Made by a program: the position numbers and the translations under genes
In this document: positions 27,282 through 32,000 of the stretch, piece by piece
Layout: each line of letters starts with the position of its first letter
Numbering within the stretch: the first letter of the stretch is position 1
From: Candidatus Saccharimonadota bacterium
Lineage (GTDB): Bacteria; Bacteroidota; Bacteroidia; Cytophagales; Amoebophilaceae
NCBI RefSeq assembly: GCF_936981045.1
Contig: NZ_OW441264.1
Coordinates: forward strand, 630,001-662,000
Length of the DNA: 32,000 nt
Direction: 5' to 3'
The notes under the pieces: model-generated
What the model saw: the letters and a program-made list of their open reading frames with translations, nothing else
Databases searched by the model: none
What the model was told of the DNA's origin: nothing

Positions 27282-28445
27282 ATGGTTACAATTGGATGGC
27301 TTGTGCTCCTGCTGATGCTTGTAATAGGTTTACGCTTAGGTGGGGTTTCGCTTGGTTTATTGAGCGGACTGGGCTTGGGGTTATTGACTTTTTCGATACA
27401 ACCTGCTGCTCCTCCCAATGACTTAATGCTTCTGCAAGCCACCTGGTTCCTCTTGATGGCTACACTGGAAGCAACCGGGTTTTTTTATCTACTGGAAACC
27501 AAGCTCAGGTCTTGCATAGCGCAAGCCCACAACCATCATGGGGGTTTCGTTGTGCTGTTTTGCTATGGTTTGGTTTTTTTAACAGGAGATGCAAAATGGT
27601 TGCATCGATTGGTATGTGATCAAAATGCGCTATATAGAGACAAACCCCGGCTACTGGTTCCTCTTGGCATTGCTGCACATATGGCATTACTGGCTAGTCC
27701 TTTATCTATTTCAGGTATACTACTTATAGTGGTGGCAGGAAATGGTGGGTTGGCTATACTGGATTTAATAGGGATGATTGTTGCGATTACGGCCAGCATA
27801 ACAGCAGCTAGTAGCCTGCTGGTTGGACGTATACCCGACAAATGGCTTATGAAGGCATGTGAGTGGTTGAAGGCGTATCCTAAGGATGATGCTAAGGCAG
27901 TAACTGAATCAACAGGTAAGGTACAATTTTCCTTTTTGCTTTTGTTACTGGTTGCCATGCTGTTTCTACTTATAAAACCTGAAGCCAATAGATTAACGGG
28001 GCTAAGTTGCAAGATTTTTCCAGTTAGATTTCCTATATTTTTTGCTTTAGTCATGCTTTCCATTGCAGCTGTAGCCATATTGGGGTTTAAGATAAAGCCT
28101 GCTAAGATTTTGCAAACCTATCGATTTAAATTAGGGATTCAGCAGTTCTTTATATTTTTAGGATTAACTTGGTTATTAGATAGTTTAATAAGCCATGACA
28201 AAACTTATTTAATAAAAATAGTGTGTGATGGTAAGGCTAATTATGGTGATTATCTAGTAGCAGCATTATATATGCTTTTGATAGATATACCTATTGTCAT
28301 TTGGCTTTTTAGTGCACTACTGATAGAGCAGCATTGCAACATTGTAACGCTTGCCCTATGGCTTGTTGTAGTGCATAGTCTAGCGCCTATAAGATGTTGG
28401 ATCAGCAGTATCTTACAATCATATAAAAATAGTAATTCTATTTAG
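27282..28445 (+). CDS. Highly divergent DcuA/DcuB-like membrane protein (tandem paralogue, possibly decaying)
   Basis: A 387-aa polytopic ORF. IGLRLGGVSLGLLSGLGLGLL and KPRLLVPLGIAAHMALLASPLSISG align with the upstream ORF, but the C-terminal DTTGTTRIG motif is absent. Confidence 0.6.
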   Translation: MVTIGWLVLLLMLVIGLRLGGVSLGLLSGLGLGLLTFSIQPAAPPNDLMLLQATWFLLMATLEATGFFYLLETKLRSCIAQAHNHHGGFVVLFCYGLVFLTGDAKWLHRLVCDQNALYRDKPRLLVPLGIAAHMALLASPLSISGILLIVVAGNGGLAILDLIGMIVAITASITAASSLLVGRIPDKWLMKACEWLKAYPKDDAKAVTESTGKVQFSFLLLLLVAMLFLLIKPEANRLTGLSCKIFPVRFPIFFALVMLSIAAVAILGFKIKPAKILQTYRFKLGIQQFFIFLGLTWLLDSLISHDKTYLIKIVCDGKANYGDYLVAALYMLLIDIPIVIWLFSALLIEQHCNIVTLALWLVVVHSLAPIRCWISSILQSYKNSNSI

Positions 28446-28504
28446 AAAGGCAAGTAGATGCCTCCACTAAGCCCTATCATTGCACTAATTTTTACCTCAT
28501 TACT

Positions 28505-28795
28505 ATGGACATAAAAAAGCTACTTGGACAAATGGACCAGGTTCGAGAAAAAATGGAAGCGGTCAAAAAGCAAATAGACCAGCTTATCGTAACCAAAGAA
28601 ACCGGCGCTGGACTGGTTCAGGTAACCATACGTGGCGATAAAAAAATCCTTGCTGTTTCAATAGATGAAACACTGTTTAATAAAACAGACCGAAAAATGG
28701 TTCAAGATCTTATAGTCGGCGCGGCCAACCTAGCCTTGGAAGCAGTAGACCATAAGGTCCAAGAAGTCATACAACAGCAGGCAGCAACGCTATAA
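28505..28795 (+). CDS. ybaB: YbaB/EbfC-family nucleoid-associated protein
   Basis: A 96-aa ORF. ...QIDQLIVTKETGAGLVQVTIRGDKKILAVSIDETLFNKTDRKMVQDLIVGAANLAL matches the YbaB pattern. Confidence 0.9.
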   Translation: MDIKKLLGQMDQVREKMEAVKKQIDQLIVTKETGAGLVQVTIRGDKKILAVSIDETLFNKTDRKMVQDLIVGAANLALEAVDHKVQEVIQQQAATL

Positions 28796-28812
28796 GAGCG
28801 CCAATATACCAG

Positions 28813-29823
28813 ATGAACCATCTGCCAAGTGTAGTGATTGTAGTGTTAAACTATAATGGCCTAGCGCTATTAAAAGCCTATTTACCTACGTTAGTGCTAT
28901 ATAGTAATGGCTATAAAATAATAGTCGTGGATAACGCTTCTACAGATGGGTCTGTAGATTATATACAAGTCCATTTTCCAACAGTAACATGTATGGTGCA
29001 TGGGGCAAATTATGGAGTGGCAAAAGGGTATAATCTAGCCCTACAACAGATTCAAGCTACCTATTATTTGCTGTTGAATAATGATCTACTGGTTACAGAA
29101 TCCTGGTTAAAAGCGCTATTGACCCTTATGGAGGGTGATCCTTTTATCGCATTTTGCCAACCTAAAATACTTGCTCTCCCAAAACCAGATCAATTTGATT
29201 ATGCTGGCGCAGCTGGTGGATTTATAGATGCGTATGGCTATCCCTTTTGTCGGGGAAGGATTTTTAATTGTATTGAAAAAGATACCGGACAGTACAACGA
29301 TACAAGAGCTGTTTTTTGGGCCAGTGGGGCTTGTCTATTGGTGCGTGCCAAAGCTTTCCATAGGCTGGGTGGCTTTGATGAGCTGTTTTTTGCCCACTTT
29401 GAGGAGATTGATCTTTGTTGGCGTGCGCATCTTGCCGGCTGGAAGGTCTATTACTGCGGTAGCAGTACGGTTTACCATATAGGAGGGGCTACATTGCCCT
29501 ATAACAGTCCTAGGAAAACGTATTTAAATTTTAGAAATAGATTATTCATGTTGTATAAATATCACCCAAATGATATGATATATCAGATAAAAAATGTATG
29601 CCTAGATCTATTAGCTATTTTTGGGATGTTGTCTCTGGGCAAATTTGCACATAGCTGGGCTATTCTGAAAGCACAAATAGATTTTTTTAAATTTAAAAAA
29701 AAAGGTACCGCACAACCTTCCTCCGCCTGTTTGCCCAACCGCTATAAGGGGAGTATGCTGATTAATTTTTTTATTAAAAATAAGAAGTACTTTTCGGAAA
29801 TTGCTTCCCATCGGTTTACATAA
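28813..29823 (+). CDS. Family 2 glycosyltransferase
   Basis: VVIVVLNYNG, VVDNASTDGS and LLLNNDLL are GT-A/GT2 hallmarks. 336 aa. Confidence 0.85.
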   Translation: MNHLPSVVIVVLNYNGLALLKAYLPTLVLYSNGYKIIVVDNASTDGSVDYIQVHFPTVTCMVHGANYGVAKGYNLALQQIQATYYLLLNNDLLVTESWLKALLTLMEGDPFIAFCQPKILALPKPDQFDYAGAAGGFIDAYGYPFCRGRIFNCIEKDTGQYNDTRAVFWASGACLLVRAKAFHRLGGFDELFFAHFEEIDLCWRAHLAGWKVYYCGSSTVYHIGGATLPYNSPRKTYLNFRNRLFMLYKYHPNDMIYQIKNVCLDLLAIFGMLSLGKFAHSWAILKAQIDFFKFKKKGTAQPSSACLPNRYKGSMLINFFIKNKKYFSEIASHRFT

Positions 29824-29838
29824 GGAATGGTTATTCCT
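29823..29838 (+). terminator. Hairpin AGGAAT-GGTT-ATTCCT overlapping the GT2 stop codon (weak terminator candidate)
   Basis: It has a 6-bp stem and 4-nt loop, followed by ACTTATAT rather than a U tract. A related sequence follows accC at 18595..18620. Confidence 0.3.
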
Positions 29839-29865
29839 ACTTATATCTTATAAATTAGTGTAGTA

Positions 29866-30106
29866 ACGTGAGTTCGGGATTAGATTATTTTTTCATTTGA
29901 TAATCAATATCAATGAAAATTTATAAAATTTGTTTTATTAGACAGTTAAATAGGTAGTTGAATAACAAATAATTCTGGTAATCAGTTTATTATATATATT
30001 ATATTTATAAAATTAGATATAAAAACTTGTTAAATAGGTGCAAATATTAACTAAATAATTGATATTAAATTGTTGTAAATCAGTCAAATAAATCCCGAAC
30101 TCACGT
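29866..30106 (-). mobile_element. MITE copy 9 (241 bp) with 5-bp TSD TAGTA, intergenic
   Basis: TAGTA lies at 29861..29865 and 30107..30111. The copy sits between the GT2 gene and the SEDS gene, 65 nt upstream of the latter. Confidence 0.95.
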
Positions 30107-30171
30107 TAGTATTAAGTTTGTATGCACTTTTTCCCTGATACCGTTAGGCCATAATGACCTATAGATGACCT

Positions 30172-31359
30172 ATGAAGGAGTTGATTAAAGCAAAACTAAA
30201 AGGAGATCCCATTATATGGGGCATTGCCTTTATGTTGTCTAGCCTAAGTATTCTAACCGTCTATAGTGCTTCTAGTTCTTTAGCCTATAGACAAATGCAT
30301 CATAATACCGAATATTATTTGCTAAGGCAGACCCTACTTATAGGGGCCGGACTATCTGCTATGTGGTTAAGCCACCGGATTGATTATCGCTACTATGCTG
30401 CTATTGCTAAAGTTGCGCTTTGGATGTCGATTCCGCTATTGCTCGTAACTTGGCGATATGGATTAAAGTTAAATGAAGCTTCTCGGTGGCTTAATATTCC
30501 TTTTATCAATAAATCCTTTCAACCATCTGACCTAGCACAACTTACACTTATTATACGAATCGCTCATATGCTGGCCAAGGAACAAAAACATATTACTTAC
30601 TTTAGATCTGCCTGTTTGCCTATGTTAACCTGGTCTGGTCTTATTAGTGGTTTAATTGCTTTGACCAATTTCTCTAGCGCCATTCTATTATTTGGTACTT
30701 GTTTGGTACTCATGTTCATTGGAAGAATCCCTATTAAGCATCTACTCATTATCGTACCCTCTAGCATCCTAGTGGCAGGAGGCGCATTGATCTGGGGTCA
30801 ACGTGGTGGAACAGCTATCAAACGAATAGAAAATTTTCTAAAAGGTGATGTCTCCTTTCAAACTGAGCAATCTTATATTGCTATTGCAACAGGCGGACTT
30901 TCTGGTAAAGGTCCTGGCAATAGTACCCAACGTAACTTCTTGCCCCATCCTTACTCCGACTTTATTTATGCCATCTTAATAGAAGAGTATGGCCTTATAG
31001 GCGGTATATTTGTCATGGTGCTCTATTTGATTTTACTATATAGGGCCATTGCCTTGCTGCCCACAGCGACTAGTTATTATGGAGGAATTTTGGCTATAGG
31101 TATAAGCCTTTTACTTGTATTTCAGGCTTTATTGAATATGGCCATTGCAGTAGGTCTTGGCCCTGTAACAGGACTTCCACTACCATTTGTCAGCATGGGT
31201 GGTACCTCACTTGTATTTACAGGTGTGGCACTAGGCATATTATTAAGCATCAGTCAAGGAGAAATTGATACAGAACTACTTACTTTAAAAAAAGAAATTG
31301 TTGTTGGTATGCGCTATAATAAGTATAAAAAAAAACTAGATAGCCCTTGTAAAAAGTAG
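30172..31359 (+). CDS. FtsW/RodA/SpoVE (SEDS) family peptidoglycan polymerase
   Basis: A 395-aa ORF with about 10 TM segments, plus PYSDFIYAILIEEYGLIGG and LPLPFVSMGGTSLV motifs. Confidence 0.9.
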   Translation: MKELIKAKLKGDPIIWGIAFMLSSLSILTVYSASSSLAYRQMHHNTEYYLLRQTLLIGAGLSAMWLSHRIDYRYYAAIAKVALWMSIPLLLVTWRYGLKLNEASRWLNIPFINKSFQPSDLAQLTLIIRIAHMLAKEQKHITYFRSACLPMLTWSGLISGLIALTNFSSAILLFGTCLVLMFIGRIPIKHLLIIVPSSILVAGGALIWGQRGGTAIKRIENFLKGDVSFQTEQSYIAIATGGLSGKGPGNSTQRNFLPHPYSDFIYAILIEEYGLIGGIFVMVLYLILLYRAIALLPTATSYYGGILAIGISLLLVFQALLNMAIAVGLGPVTGLPLPFVSMGGTSLVFTGVALGILLSISQGEIDTELLTLKKEIVVGMRYNKYKKKLDSPCKK

Positions 31360-31378
31360 CACACCCACTCCTTACCCA

Positions 31379-32000
31379 TTAAAAATTCGAGCAAAGGGCT
31401 TGTGTTTGATGAGCAGCTTGCTGACGCACCGCTTCATATTCAGCAGGAGTAAGCTCCCCCACAAAATAGTCAAATGGATTTACACGATGTCCATTGTGGT
31501 AGGTCTCATAGTGGAGATGAGGGGCAGTTGAATCCCCTGAATTGCCCACTGTACCAATCTGCTGCCCTCTGGTTACGCGCTGTCCTTGTTTAACGATTAT
31601 AGTATGCATATGGGCACAGTGGGTTTGGAAGCCATGGCGATGATCAATAAGCAGATGGTTTCCATATCCTCTTTTATCGTTTTTAACCCATTGAACATAC
31701 CCATCCGCAGCAGCATAGATGGGCGTATGCATAGGAGCTGAAAAATCAACGCCTTGATGCATCCTGCGTATTTTATAGATTGGATGCCAGCGCATACCAA
31801 AAGGAGCAGATATTCTCTTTAAATGTTCCTTAGCAACCGGTGGTAAGGTAGGCATAGATTGCAATCTGCTGCTGTTTCTTTTTGCAAGACTCCATATTTG
31901 ATCATAAGATTTCTTTTGAATCGTCAACTGACTAATGAGTTGATCTACTTTAGACAATGTTTGGGCAATTAATGTACTTTTCCCTAAGTGAGCATATTTA
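31379..32000 (-). CDS. M23-family (LytM-type) metallopeptidase, 5' end probably beyond the window
   Basis: HQGVDFSAP is the HxxxD motif and GNSGDSTAPHLHYE is the HxH motif. The frame stays open from 31957 to the window edge. Confidence 0.85.
   Translation of the reverse strand, partial: KYAHLGKSTLIAQTLSKVDQLISQLTIQKKSYDQIWSLAKRNSSRLQSMPTLPPVAKEHLKRISAPFGMRWHPIYKIRRMHQGVDFSAPMHTPIYAAADGYVQWVKNDKRGYGNHLLIDHRHGFQTHCAHMHTIIVKQGQRVTRGQQIGTVGNSGDSTAPHLHYETYHNGHRVNPFDYFVGELTPAEYEAVRQQAAHQTQALCSNF

Noticed and set aside
26287-28078. Long antisense ORFs (143 aa and 152 aa, and 60-67 aa ones) within the two Dcu genes
   Set aside because: They overlap strongly supported membrane-transporter frames on the other strand. 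Their composition is typical of antisense frames of hydrophobic genes.
543-30106. Regularly recurring, nearly identical 240-bp units might suggest a CRISPR-like or tandem array
   Set aside because: The units are 240 bp long, dispersed kilobases apart and in both orientations. They carry terminal inverted repeats and 5-bp target duplications. There are no short direct repeats alternating with unique spacers.
1-32000. Search for tRNA, rRNA or other structured housekeeping RNA genes
   Set aside because: I saw no tRNA-like T-arm or acceptor pattern and no rRNA-like conserved block on either strand. This was a visual scan only, so tRNAscan or Infernal should confirm it.

Overview
This is an AT-rich bacterial chromosomal segment. 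A few conserved housekeeping genes sit as islands in mobile DNA, which I estimate at about 54% of the window. The housekeeping genes are leuS, an mlaE/mlaF-like ABC pair, accC, map, two tandem DcuA/DcuB-type C4-dicarboxylate carriers, ybaB, a GT2 glycosyltransferase, a FtsW/RodA (SEDS) protein and an M23 peptidase. The mobile DNA comprises two IS256-family types, four copies or remnants of an IS6-family element, two IS982-family copies, fragments of IS481/IS3-, IS5-, IS110- and IS4-like transposases, and two group II intron types. In the IS6-family element, every copy that retains the site has its transposase gene interrupted at the same position by a group II intron. There are also nine copies of a 240-241 bp AT-rich MITE whose termini match the IS982-family inverted repeats. 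Every transposase and reverse-transcriptase reading frame in the window is broken by a frameshift, nonsense codon, insertion, inversion or truncation. The most interesting signals are: the MITE/IS982 partnership, with 5-bp target duplications and in-window empty sites; an inverted IS982 copy explained exactly by recombination between its IRL and a resident MITE end; the nesting MITE-in-intron-in-IS6 with an 8-bp direct repeat at the intron-bearing insert; and accC boxed in by two inverted IS6 ends only 12 bp from its start codon. I found no rRNA, tRNA or CRISPR array. The gene content and IS saturation resemble obligate intracellular Bacteroidota symbionts such as Candidatus Amoebophilus or Cardinium. 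That taxonomic guess is inference only.
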